From Cycas panzhihuaensis (Eukaryota; Plantae; Cycadophyta): a DNA stretch of 64,000 nucleotides. The stretch spans positions 179,931,741 to 179,995,740 of the forward strand of contig CM041465.1 in assembly GCA_023213395.1 (NCBI GenBank). Reading direction: 5' to 3'. The notes under the pieces were generated by a model. The model was not told the origin of the DNA and did not search any database. It was given only the letters and a program-made list of their open reading frames with translations. This document shows, piece after piece, positions 1 to 12,460 of this stretch. The position numbers and the translations under genes were made by a program. Numbering within the stretch: position 1 is the first letter of the stretch; each line of letters begins with the position of its first letter.

Positions 1-1308
1 CCGCTAAGTGTAGAGGAATTGCAACTTCAGTTGATGGTCTCCGCTATCTTCTTTACTTCTTTGGCATTCCAGATATCTGTTAGAGTTCTGTTTCTCAGTT
101 GCAACGGAACTTTAATCAGCATTGGAAAAACTTGGGCCTGCATTTGTTAAAATTACTCGAACTATCTCTTCTCAGCATAGCCAATAATCTTAATAATGTT
201 TCAATAATCTTAATAATGTATATACGCCCTTGTATCGATAGCAGAAACGGTGGCAGCCCAGTTTTTTGCTCTTTTGCAGCCTTGGGAGAGAGTGCGTAGC
301 CTGCACGTCTTTTGCCTTGCTGCACGAGATATTATTAACCCGTTGTTGAGTGCCGTTTTATTATCATTCACGTTTGGGAGCCATTTTATTATCATTCTCC
401 CGTTTGGATGCCGTTTTTACGGCTAGCAGCTTGTATCGATTGCCTCGCATATACGTTTGGCGTCTCACGTGCTGTGTTAGGTTAACACTTCACGTTTTTA
501 TTAATGCGTTGCCTCCGTCTTCCGTCATCTGTCTGGAGCTAATCCGTTTGGCACGCAGCTAGCGTGATTTCATTAATAACAGCGTATTGTTCCGAACTTC
601 ATTAATAACAGCGGCGGCGTGTCTTCAATAACATCGAACCAGCGTATTGTTCCAAATGGCATTAATAATCAGCGGCGTAGTGTCTTCAATAACATCGAAC
701 CCTGAACCCTGAGCTTGATAACAGCATTAATAATCGCAGCTGAGCTTGATAACAACATTAATAATCGCAATTTAGCGCTGATAACAAAGACGCTGCGCTC
801 AACGCTTTGAGATAAGCGAGCTTTCCCTCATTGCATTCAGCATTCGTCTTGTTCGTGCAACTTTTATATATATGTGTAGCCCTGACGGCAACGCATATTG
901 CATGGTTCATTATTTTAATTTATTATACAGCGACGCATATTGCATAGCAATGCAGCCGACTTCAGTTTTTTATATAGTTTTAATAATATAAAGTTTAAAA
1001 AAATAAAAATTTATTGTATATTTTTTCAAATCCAGTTTTAAAGGTTTAAGCTCTCAGCCCTTGGTCTCATTTAGTCATCACGTGACAGCTAGCCACTTTC
1101 AAAAAGTTTTTAAACGTTTTTCATTTTTATTTTTTGTTTTTATTTTTATTTTTATAGAGTTATTGGCGTTTTTGTTGCCATAACTTCTCACTAGCTTATC
1201 GGTTTCAGACGAAACCTATTCCAATAGATCAGAAATTTTTTGTACACCAATTTCGACTAGTTATATGACCAATTTAGTGAGGTCACGTGGAAGGTGTCTC
1301 CCGTCACA
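1..1308. mobile_element. Terminal part of a CpG-rich (young-looking) LTR, probably Ty3/gypsy; other end lies outside the window
   Basis: CpG-rich tract ends in an LTR-like terminus ...CTCCCGTCACA (1308; TGTGACGGGAG on the minus strand). A GCCATAACTT...TTATCGGTTTC...CAATTTCGA block (1177-1257) is of the type seen in gypsy LTRs. Short internal repeats at 568-800. No ORF with recognisable homology. Confidence 0.45.
568..800. repeat. Degenerate short tandem repeats with a CATTAATAA core
   Basis: CATTAATAA recurs at about 571, 600, 660, 726 and 756. CAGCGTATTGTTCC, GTGTCTTCAATAACATCGAACC and CTGAGCTTGATAACA each occur twice. Confidence 0.8.
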
Positions 1309-2510
1309 GAGCGTCTTCGAGTTGAGGAAGAGATTCCTTCTGTAGAAGTGATAAAAATAAAGAGAACATTTTGGCATGTGCTGATGTAGACTGCAAGGTT
1401 GCTCAAAATTAGACAAGTAATGGAACTTCCAAACAGCTGGGGTCAAGACAACATAGAAAGGAGCAATAGCACGCTACTCTGCATATACATCTGGGCTATC
1501 CATGAAATTCACGAAGCACTGGTGGCCACCATCCTTTACCAAATCACCAAGGTGACTTGTCAAGAGCAAGAATCTTTGTCCATATGGCAGCAGACAGAGC
1601 CCAACACATGACAGTTTTTTTTTTCTTTCTTTTTCTTTTCTTTTTTTTTTTTGAAAATAAACATAAGAATATAGGCCAGATTTGAAGGCCTTGAATACAA
1701 AATTTTTGAGCATAACGAAAGTACATATCAACAAAAATATATGTATAACTCAGAATCAGAATCTTTAAAAGTGGAGTCTCTTCTAGCTTCCGGATAGCGA
1801 GAAGCACTCACTCAACCATCAAGTACAGTTCCTACGGCACTTTGTCCACTGACATGCAAAGGAGGTAGCTAAACAGTAGTTGAATCTGCACAAAGAATTT
1901 AGTGGACTTTCACAAGCATGCAAATTTATTGTGGTACCACATGTAGAGAAAATGTCCACTAAGCAGTATCGACAGGCTTCAAACAGTCACAAAACTTCAA
2001 GACAGGCTTGAAAATAGCCTTTCCTCATCATCAAAATAGCCCTTCAAACTTGATATCAGTCCCATAACAAAATATGCATCAGATATAACTTGAAATGATC
2101 TTCAACTTGACAAAGTCATGAAACAGGCACATCAAAAAATTTACAAGGCTTGAAAGCTAAAAAAACATGAATGACATGTACTAGGATTTGCAAGAAATGT
2201 CTCCAAGGGTTGAACCTTGGGCTCTGATACCATGTTAGGATTAGTAATTTGACAAGCATATCAAACCCTAATGGTGAGCAACAAAAAGATGAAGTATGCA
2301 CAGAATAGACACCATGTTGGAGAATTGGCCAAAACTCAATTATGAACAAATAAGAGTACATACTTATAGTACAACCTCACCACTAGAGAAAGAACCCCAT
2401 TGGACTACTTAGAGGTGGCATACATATCAAGGTGGCCCACAACTCTAATACAATACAAATGATAGAGAGAGTTTACATAGGGCTAATGGAATTGAGTATT
2501 ACACCCAACA
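1309..2510 (-). mobile_element. Non-autonomous copia-type/TRIM-like LTR element fragment: 5' LTR 2233-2510, tRNA-iMet PBS 2221-2232, non-coding internal region
   Basis: GCTCTGATACCA (reverse complement TGGTATCAGAGC) lies directly next to a 278-bp TGTTAGG...CCCAACA LTR with terminal inverted repeats. It abuts and truncates the gypsy integrase that starts at 2511. Confidence 0.8.
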
Positions 2511-2514
2511 CTGA

Positions 2515-3395
2515 GGCCCTACAGCCCATTATCTCTCCATGGCCTTTCTCCCAATAGGGACATTGAGGCCATAACCCCTCCTTCTTCATCATAGTACAAG
2601 TTTATCTTGACCACGACATAATATTTTAGTAAATGGGCCAAAGCAGTCCCTTTGTCTTCCACTTTCGGTAAGATGATAGCTACGTTTATCTATCAAAATA
2701 TTATCTATCGATTTAGGGTCCTTGATATCTTGATCACAGACAATAAAACTCCCTTTTGTAATAAGGAAATGGATGAGCTTTTGTGGGAAGTTCAAGATAT
2801 CCCATAAGACTTCCTCTCCTTATTACCTTTAGGTCAACTACTAAATCGAGTCCTTCAATAAGACTCTCATCAACATCCTAAAGAAAACTGTTGCCCAATC
2901 CCAAAAAGATTGGCACCTTCAACTTCCCTCTGCCTTATGGGCATATCGCACTTCCATTCGCATGGCCAAAGGGATGACCCGATTCTCCCTCGTGTATGGA
3001 ACCGAAGCAATCCTCCCTTTGGAAGTTGAAATTCCCTCCTTGCGAGTTTCCCTTTGAGGTCTTATCGTCGAGGAATCCTATCGTCAGGCCCTCCTCCTCA
3101 ACCTTGAAGCCTTAGACGAGAGATGTTTGACAACGTATCAAGTGAATATTGCCTCTAAAGCTAGGGCGTGAATAACGTATAACAAATGTCTTTTCCCTCA
3201 TCCTTTGAATCCCAAGGACCACATCCTTAAGCTAGAATATCTCTACTATCACTTGTCCAAATTCGAGCCCAAATGGGTTGGTCCTTTCATCATTATCGAA
3301 AGCCTCAATAATGACACCTATAGGATCACAACTCTAGAAGGTTTGGAGTTTGAGAAGGCCATCAATGGTAAATTCTTGAAGAAGTTCTATGTGTT
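2515..3395 (+). pseudogene. Decayed gypsy (Tat) integrase
   Basis: Translates to YFSKWAKAVPL, ALWAYRTS..MTRFSLVYGTEAILPLEVEIPSLRV and KFEPKWVGPFII...KAINGKFLKKFY with internal stops. Near-identical to 48002-48900 (-). Confidence 0.93.
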
Positions 3396-4249
3396 ACCTC
3401 CCCTAATCCCGAGAAGGCTAGACACACCCTTCTCTCTTTCTCGCTCCAAAATGAGCCTAAACTACCACTCTAAGTGCATCTTCATTCCCTTAACCATAGG
3501 TAGAATGACAGCTTAGGGTGGCCTCTCACCTTTGTAATTTCATCTCTTCTATTATATCCTTTTGTTTCCCTCACGAGGGAGACCTCTCAACCTAGTTGGG
3601 TGTACAAACTTCCTCCGTTCCTGAGCCTAAAATCACACTCCAACTAGGGCCTCTTGCTTGAGTATCCATACTCCCTCTTTGTCATTGTCTCCTTTGCATA
3701 TCTGTTATGCTCCTTTGATGGACATACATGGTTCTCCCTCTCCTAGCCACATACATGCCTATCACTTATACACATGATAGTCGTGTGTGCCTGCTACGAG
3801 TGTGGTCCTGCATGAAAGGAGATGCGTGTATCATCCACATGATCTAACAACAAAAACCATGTATAACAATCAACTAAAACCATTATAATGCATGATCCCT
3901 CATGCACCTGTACACCTATATCTCCATGCATCTATCTCTCCATGCATATGTATAAATAAATTAAGCAAATAAATAATACAATAATACCACAAAACCATCA
4001 CCATGCCATCATCATAGGTCAAATGGGGTACCAATTGGCCCCCGTCTATATATACAATGAATCATATCATATAAAGCCATATACTACATCATCCTTAGGA
4101 AGTTGGAATCCTTGCAGGGAGGAGTATAATCATGTGTCTACATATGGTATGACTCCCTGGAGGTCTAATGTTTTCTTGCTCAAAACTACTAATGCATCTA
4201 GCTCCTCGATGCCCTACCCTCAAGAGGTGTCATCTCCTTATCTGTGAGA

Positions 4250-5220
4250 CCCCTCGCCAAGAGACCATATGTCTCCTAGGCTCCTCCTACGCCACTACGA
4301 GCTCCTTGCCTCACCTCCTGTGACTCTTGATGGGCTAGCCTCATTGCCTCCATCGTTGCCACCACCCTTGTCTGGGTCATCTCTCAACACTCCCACTGTA
4401 TTGTCGCCATCTCAATGTATCCCTCTATATGGGTCTAATGTATAGTCTGCTAGGGTGAGGAGGTCTAGTGATGTCACCTCCACTGATCTTTGCACATGAA
4501 CCCGATCCTTAGTTCCCCTGAACTGAGTCTACCACTTGTAGCCCATAGGCACTCATGTTGAGATAGGATGAGGCCCTCTAAGTGGTGCCACTACACCAAA
4601 GCAATCAAAGAACTAGCATTATAGTAGAGTACAATATAAGAAACTACCTCTCCCTGCCACTCGGATCATGTCTAACAGTTCCACTATGTTTTCTGCTATT
4701 AAGTCGGCCCAATCCAACCTCTCTTCGGCCTTGCATCTCCTCACCGTGGCTATCCACCCACCTGGAATGTCCCTGTAATTCTATTTCTGGAAGATCTGGA
4801 ACATAATGCCTAGTGTAATGAGCTTCCTCACCTGAGGAATCCTAGACATCACCATAGTCTATACCGACACCCCCTTGTCGGTCCCATCTGCCCTGGCCTG
4901 TGAAATACATAGCCACCTCTGTGTGCACCGCATCTGTACTAGGCAATGTTCCTAATGATGCTAGCACCCATCCTGTTGGTACCCCCAAAATCTTCCTGAT
5001 ATCCCCTAGTGTGATAGTGGCATCTCCTATTTGGGGGAGGTGGAAGATGTGTCACCTACGATCTTAATGGGAGACTATATCCACTAGGAGATGCTAATCT
5101 AATGCATATTGGGATGTCCTGATGATCTTCAGGAGCCTGCAATATTTTAGTACCCCTTTATCTCTTCGTGACATCATCTCTATGAAGCTCATCATCACAC
5201 AACTCCGATGTTCTTGTAGT
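4250..5220 (-). pseudogene. Plant Mobile Domain (PMD, aminotransferase-like) extra ORF of Tat copy A, antisense to pol
   Basis: Minus strand, about 4975-5190, reads SFIEMMSRRDKGVLKYCRLLKIIRTSQYALD*HLLVDIVSH*DRR*HIFHLPQIGDATITLGDIRKILGVP. This matches the PMD signature (L.ALVERW..ETHTFHLP.GE.TITL.DV..ILG.P). Lower boundary is approximate. Confidence 0.8.
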
Positions 5221-6506
5221 TGTCCACCGTAAGAACTGCTTGTAAAACAACCCAAATGTCAATCCAAGTACTATTTATACCATACCTAGCCACCCTTAGG
5301 ATGCCTCTTGCTCCACTCGGATGAGCTAGCCATCTTTTTGGGCCTCTTTTCTTCTTTTTTCCATAGTTTCCTCTCTACCCTGCATTAAACTTTGTGATAC
5401 CATAGAGTTTGATATGATCCCTGCTGAGATTTTCGTGTCCCTTCAGGGGCCACGTGGAAAACTTTGCAACATTGTAATCTTTGTCATGGGGCTGTTGTTT
5501 CCCCACATAAAAAGGTGGGGAGGATGCCTAAAAAACCTCAAAATTTTTCTATAGTGGGCTAAGGCCTAGCCCAATGGGACCAGGGCTACCTAATGCCCTA
5601 GTCCTCCCCCTCTCTAGGACTCATTCAAACTCCATAGGATCCCAAATCACCCTTAAGGGGCCTAAAATAATCTCTACAAATCTCAAAAATCCATTAAATG
5701 TAAATGATAAAATGAAGGGGATAGGGGATGATCCACTCGCTAGATTTAGCCTCGCCACTGCCATCTCGACATCCTGACCACGTGGGATGTCTCTTCACCT
5801 TGATCTAATGGTCAGATCTCCCACTGTGTGCTTCTGAAGTCAGGTAGGGCTCTACTACATAGAAGGAAGGGCTCTAAAATGATCATGGGACCTATGAAAA
5901 TGAATCCTATTTTTACCTTCCTTCCTTTTTATACGCGAGGGTCTCAAGGGGCACTTTCTCCTTTTCCTTTGTCATGATAGCCCTCGAGACTGTTTTCTTG
6001 GCCTCATCACCTTTGTCTTCAGGGTCCATCCCCTATTTTTCCTTTATGGCCTCCATTTCTAATGTTTTTGGTGCATTTATGATGACCTAGTCAGTGTCCT
6101 ATAGAAACTTCCTATCTTATTTTTCATATTACTTTGAAACATACTTATGTTTATACTCCTTTAACCCATTTCACCATTCTGGATCCATTTTTTATGCTTG
6201 TTTGAGCCTTTGAGGCTCCCAAAGGAAGTGCTTTACCTTTCCTAGACCTCACCTTAGTCCTTTTAGAAACCTTTAGGACCCCAAAGGGGCCTTTCTCGCC
6301 ATTGTTTCCCTGCCTCTTCACGAGGTCAGTTTCCTCGCTCCCAGGTAGCCTTTTCCTTGGACTCTCTTGTCTTTTATGACCTATATTTGTAGCCTTTTGA
6401 GTGATCATAGCCTCATCACTACCTATTATCCCTTTCTTCACCTTTTGACCTTATCATCATTATTCCTTTCGTCGTTCGATAGAAACCTTACTCCTTCACC
6501 AGGGTA

Positions 6507-6871
6507 CTCCTTATCTTCACCGACGGAGGAAGTCGTGGAAATCTAGGTCCTTCTACCACTGCATGGATCCTCTGTGACCCCTCTGAATATGACTACATGC
6601 ATTCTGAAGTCTTCCTCCCTGAGGCCACCAATAACAAAGTTGAATACATAACTATTATTGAGGCCCTTACGATGCACTATGTTTCCACCATAGCCCTATC
6701 GTCCTTCTTTGGGACTCTCAAATTGTTGTATCATACCATACCCAGATTTATCAGGTACATTGCCTACGTTTGAGAGCCCTCACTTTGAGTACCATATCTC
6801 TCCTATCTTACTTTACCTCTGTGGACATTCAACACATTCCTCGAGACCTAAATGCCAAGGCAGATAGTTTT
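6507..6871 (+). pseudogene. Archaeal-type RNase HI (aRH) domain of Tat copy A, downstream of integrase
   Basis: Not in the ORF track. Manual translation gives LLIFTDGGSRGNLGPSTTAWILCDP...LPEATNNKVEYITIIEAL, then a frameshift, then VLLWDSQIVVS...YFTSVDIQHIPRDLNAKADSF. All four acidic catalytic positions (D, E, D, D) and the HIPR..N..AD motif are present. Confidence 0.9.
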
Positions 6872-6928
6872 ATTCATTGCATCCTGGGGTATTGTCTCCC
6901 CATTCTTGATGACCCTCCATAGGGGGCT

Positions 6929-9900
6929 TATTAGGTTGCCTAGTCGCCCAGGTTCCAGGGTCATCCCATCCTTCATTCTACGATCCATTCGCACCTCTGA
7001 AAGTTGGCCACTAATGAGGTTAAACTATGGTGATCACTAGGTTTATTTCTTCACTTTATTCTTCGTACCACCCATGGCACGAAGCCCCTATATTCTAATC
7101 TCCATATGTACATATTTCTTATTTATATTATTTGGTTGACCCTACTCAAGACTGTCAGTATCTTTCACCTTGCATAGGTGTAATGGGGACATCCCCCTTA
7201 TCCTCCCTCTCTTTCATTGGATTTTAGAGTGACTCATAGGCAGCCCCTATGTTGCCCCTCTTTCCTCCTGTCTACATGTTCTAACACGACACTCACCACA
7301 TCCTTAGGTGATGACACCACCACACTTTGATGTATGATACTAACCTTTGTGTTGACAGCATTCGCCATCGCATCACACTTCCAAGCAATGAGGCTCTACT
7401 GCCAATGGGGTAGTGTTTCCTAGCTACCAAGAATGGACATGGATGACTCACATTAGGTAAGTGTAGGTATGTGTCTATCCTCACTTTCATTGGCTTCAAG
7501 ATGTTGTTGGATTGACGATAGATACACATTGCATGTTGATTGATTGATTCCCTAATCATTGTACTTGGCTTGCCTGCATATTCATGTGTGCACATAATAT
7601 TTCATCCTATGATGACTCGAGATATATATCCCACATCTTATGGCCCTCTGCCATGTCTCCATAATGTCCCCAAGTACTCTTGGCTCCCACAGCCCATCCT
7701 TTATCACTTCTTAGCATGACTTGATCCCTAACAACTCATTTAGTCCTGGTCATCATCTTTGTTCGCCATTTGTCTCTCTTTAGGGCCTTGTTGCCACCCT
7801 TTCTCATTTATCATGGTCTCTCTAGGTCGTATAACCCCTCTTGGCATATCAACATTGTATTATTGCCCTTTTGGGATCTAGGGCCCCCTTTTTGGAGAGC
7901 CTTTTGAGCTCCCATTTTTTAATTTTTTGCCTAGTTTTGAGCACACTGCTATAAATTCTGTGGTACTGCTACAAATTTCACAATACCATGAAGTTTACCA
8001 TGGTGCGACTATTCATTTTTTTTTTTTGTCTGGCCATGAATAATTTCGTATTAAATGCAAAATTAACACATGACATTGGGTTGTTTCCCGCCCAGGGCAA
8101 GTCCTAATCACCTGTTAGGCTAGGGTTGGGATTAAAAATTCAAAATTTACCCCATTCCTCCTTCTTCTTCCTCCTCATCTTTAAGAAAATTTTCTAAAAT
8201 AAGGGTTCTCATCTGTTGTACCTATCCACTATTCCTGCCATCATCTCCTTTAGGGTAAAACCCTAAGTTGCAGGTCTACAGTAGTAAGCTTTAGGACAGA
8301 TCTCATCCACAAGCATCCCATTAAGGCACAAGCACCAGATTTGTTTGCAGGTCATGCTCTTCCCTTACACCATTATAGAGGTTTTTCACTAGTCCTCTAA
8401 GAGAAGCCTCTCTCCCAACCATTACACAAGGTAAATCTGCCTTAGATCTTCTCTTACCAGGTATTTATAGGCCTGCACACTATTCTTTTCCTTAAGCATA
8501 AGGGTTTTCTCGTTTACTTTTGTAGTTACAATGTGAAACTACCCCATATTTGTCCATTTCAAAAGGCAAACCCTTCCCTTTCTCAGGTATATTCCCTTAC
8601 ACCTTGAGGTTTCATTTGGTTCTACTTAAGGAGGTGGATAGAAGGGAGTCCATCAAAGAGAGAAAGGAGTTTCAGGTAGGGTTTCGTACCCTTTTGCCAT
8701 CTCCTCAAGGGTAACACCCTACTCTTCACTCCTTTTCTTCTCCCAATACCTACCTTGTCCACCCGAAAATCCTTGGGGTAGGGAGCCTTATTGGTTGCAA
8801 CGTTAGTAGCACCTTGCTATGCCTGCAACCAGTCATCATAGCTTCAGAAAATCTAATTTTTAGTAGTAGCTTATTGGTATTTACACAGTTTCAGTCTTGT
8901 CTTTGTAAAATCTTACAAAAGTTGCTCATTGCAACTTTTGTAACTTTTCCATTTCCTTGCAACTTTCTCACATATGAAGTTTGTTGCTCTTTTACTATTG
9001 AAAAAACTTAGCTTTTGTCTCATTTTCTTACTTGAGTGCTTGGGGTACACGAAGACATCCCATTAGAGGGTTAGCCATTTTGAGGCTACCCTTCTCTCTT
9101 CATTTCAACCCCCTTTCCTGCAACCATTGAAACATGTTATATGCATAATAAGGAAAATTAACATTGTACATGGTGCACATTGGAAGGATTTGCATAAGGT
9201 TACTCTCCCTTTGTTCCTTTTCCCTTTTGATAAGCACATATATATATGATTACTCCATGCATATTTATTAACCCTTGGGAAAGGGTAAACTATTTGTTGT
9301 GTGGGTCTCACCTCTTTAGGGCAACCAAAGGTTTCCACGAAAGGTGCGTATACCTCCCTTATTGTTATTACATTATTCAAAACTTTATCATAAGCAATCC
9401 TTCTTTTTTTCCTTTGGTTTTTTTTGCACTTAGACATTGGGGAAGGTAAGGATACCCCGCTAGTGCTCCTCTTGCAATATCAATCATGACAAGGAGAATT
9501 AAGTGGATGAGTGTGGATCGCAAAGAAAGTCACAAGGCGTCTACACTGGCCGTCTGATTTCTGGGTACATTTCTTGCTATCTTATTGCCTATTCCTTTCC
9601 CCCCTTTATTCCCAAAAGAAGAAAAAGAAGAACAAAAAGAAGGATAGTTAGTGTTTCACTATTCATTGTTTGACTTGTATGATCATATAGGGGAAGGATA
9701 ATTGCTTTGCACAAGTAGGTGACAATCCCCACTAGTTGCATCTTTACACCCCTCTCTTGGCTCAAACTCTCGCATTTGCTAGAGTTTAAGTGCAAAAGGT
9801 TATGAGTCTCTCTACTCTCAACCTATCCTCCTTCCTACCTATCATTAGGTTGACTTGAATTAGTCTTCACATCCTATTCCTATGCTTCTTGCCTGCTTGT

Positions 9901-10600
9901 TTCCTTTTATGCTCATAAAAAGATAAAGAGAGAGAGGCTAGGATTTAGGAAGAGAAAGAGAGTTATTATCTTGTTTACTTTCTTTTTATTCAAATACGAA
10001 CTAGAGATAACAATAACTTGTATTACCATGACACTTCATTATATAACAAAAACAAAGAAATAAAAACACATTGCCTTATCCCCTACATCTAGCTAACCAT
10101 TTCAGGTGTAGGCACCTTAGGGGTACTTCCCCTTTATGGTCTTCCTCTCTCCTTTTGATAAGGCCCCTCTTTGCCTTACCTCTATTTATAAGTTGGCATT
10201 TTTCAGCCCAACTTCCCCTTCTTATCCACACTACCAGTTACTCATTACTTGCATGTGGGTGCTTCCTCTTTCGGTTAGGACCTACCTCTCCCTTTCCCTC
10301 TCCTTAGGAAGGGTGTATTTATCTTGATCCTCCTTCCTTGGCCATCCAAGATAGGAGGGTCCCTTAAGGTTATTCAACAAACCGAGAGGGCCTCCCTTTT
10401 ATCCATCTCTAATTGAGAAGTTGCTCACCTCGAGGGGGAGTTTGTGCACCATCTACGGGTCCTCGAACCTGTGTTCTAACACATGAATGCCCCTTGTGGG
10501 GAATCATTTCCCTCACTTCTATAGATCCTTTAGCCCTGTAACTATTGATTATATCGACTTGATCTCTTTGTATCTAGTGACCCCCAGAGGTATGCTTCCA
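6929..10600 (+). repeat. 3' LTR of Tat copy A (about 3.2-3.7 kb; start uncertain between 6929 and 7410)
   Basis: Follows the PPT-like TAGGGGGC. Homologous to the PBS-adjacent LTR of copy B and ends ...GTATGCTTCCA, like copy B's ...GTGCATCCA. Confidence 0.65.
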
Positions 10601-10607
10601 GGCTACA

Positions 10608-11790
10608 GAAGGGCTAGCAGAATTGAAACTATTATCAAATAACAAACAATTATTTTTTTATTAATAAAAAAATAATAATAATTAACTTATAAAGATTTAG
10701 TATCCACCCATTTTAAAATAGACCCTCGATCATGCGAGGTTCTCTATATAATCACCCACTAACGATTAGGTGCCTCCCATAGAATTAAGACATAATACAA
10801 TCTATTTAAATTTCCTTGAAACTTTATAAAAATAAAATATAAATCAATCAAAAGATTTGTCACATGGCTCCTGTGCGAAAATAAAGAACTAAACGATAAT
10901 CAAACTTGTTTGAATCTATTTGAACATGATTAGATCGAGTAAATATGTAATGGGATCACCTCTAAAATAGTGTGGAAATAAAGTAGGATTTATCCAAGTT
11001 GAAAATAGGGGGCCCATAGCCTTAATACTCCACCTACAGATATATGACCTCCATGATTAATGGTGGACAAATAGAGGCTAAGATTCCTTAAAGATTGATC
11101 GAAAGGGATTATTATATAGTTATGTAATTGTGCAAGCTCCCTATAGGTTGACATGAGGTTGGTAGGGCACCATGTAAACTTGAATAGAAGCCACACAAAC
11201 TTACTTCGATGGGGACAAAGTCTAAACAATACAAAACAACACCAATGGGATATCATTTTTGCTTGAAACTATTTCAACGAGGATATAGAGGACTGCTACC
11301 AACTAGCCAAACTACAAATGAGAGCTGCTACGTGAAGAAAACACCCTAGAGTAGTATTGGATTTGCTAGAAAATACTAAAATTGATTACAAAATATAAAA
11401 ATAGAGATGAGTAGGGTGTCATTATTAACAAACAAGCCACCGTTTCTCAATTAAGCTCACACTCTAATACCATGTCAAATTCATCAATTGGATTGAATAA
11501 AAATATGCATTTAAATATAACTTAAACAAACAAAGATTAATCACAAAATAAGAAAGCAAATTATTGCAGAAATGTACTATGGGTAAATTGGTTATACTGT
11601 GCATCTAAATTTTGGCAGAGCTTCTGTATATGAAAACTTTTAATGTATAAATGAATAGGGTCGTGCTTAATTTATAAGCATACAACGCCCAAATACAAAT
11701 GATATAATTAACTAGCTTAGCGACAAAGGTGGTAGACTAGACCAAACTATAGATTACATTTAAATTTACAAAGTGGGGGTCACACCCTGT
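10608..11790 (-). mobile_element. Degenerate copia-type fragment with PBS and LTR start
   Basis: Decayed tRNA-iMet PBS ACTCTAATACCA (11461-11472) followed by TG (11473). Outer limits are approximate. Confidence 0.4.
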
Positions 11791-12067
11791 GATACATAAG
11801 TACAAATATATGTAAAATACAATACAATGAAGGGTCATTATATGTTTTAACAAATAATTGGAGTGTAGCTACCAAAGTTGATAAAGAATGGTGGGATGAA
11901 CTGATACAAGAAACTAGATAAGAACTTGCAATAAAAAGATGTGATAATGCAATATAGGACTACGATAATGTAATAAAGGACTGTAATTGCGACAGAGGAC
12001 TGTAACACTACAATAGAATTATGTAGCACTATGGCAAAACACTATAATATTATGCCATAAATTTGCA

Positions 12068-12460
12068 ATGAGAAGATCAAGACTTATAATCATATAAATC
12101 AGAACAAGTATGATGTCACAAAAGAAGATAAGGAGCTAAGAAGCAACTATGTAAAGCAAGATAGAATCTTGTAGTAGTTAGCAAGAAAGATTCAATCTTT
12201 AAAATAATTGAGCAATGAATTTTCTTTTACTAAAAATTAAAAAAATAATTATAATATTATACCATAAATCTATAATGAGAAGATCAAGATTTACAATCAC
12301 GCAAATCACAACAAGCATGATGCCACAAAGGAATATAAGGAGCTAAGAAGCAACTATGTAAAGCACGATAGAAGCCTGCAACAACTAGTAAGAAATATTT
12401 AATCTTTAAAATAATTAAATAGTGAATTTTTTAAACTAAAATTTGAAAAAATAAGCTACC
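12068..12460. repeat. Tandem duplication, period about 208 bp
   Basis: ATGAGAAGATCAAGA...TAAGGAGCTAAGAAGCAACTATGTAAAGCA at 12068 and 12276. Confidence 0.85.

Larger units (their letters stand above)
2511..10600 (+). mobile_element. Ty3/gypsy Tat-lineage retrotransposon, copy A (3' half): integrase, antisense PMD ORF, archaeal-type RNase H, PPT, long 3' LTR
   Basis: Domain motifs are listed below. 7412-10600 shares several matching blocks with the reverse complement of 54762-57420 (e.g. GTGTTTCCTAGCTACC, GGGGAAGGTAAGGA). PPT-like TAGGGGGC at 6920-6927. No PBS follows 10600, as expected for a 3' LTR. Confidence 0.85.

Noticed and set aside
696-711. GAACCCTGAACCCTGA telomere-like repeat
   Set aside because: Only two imperfect units inside a TE repeat cluster.
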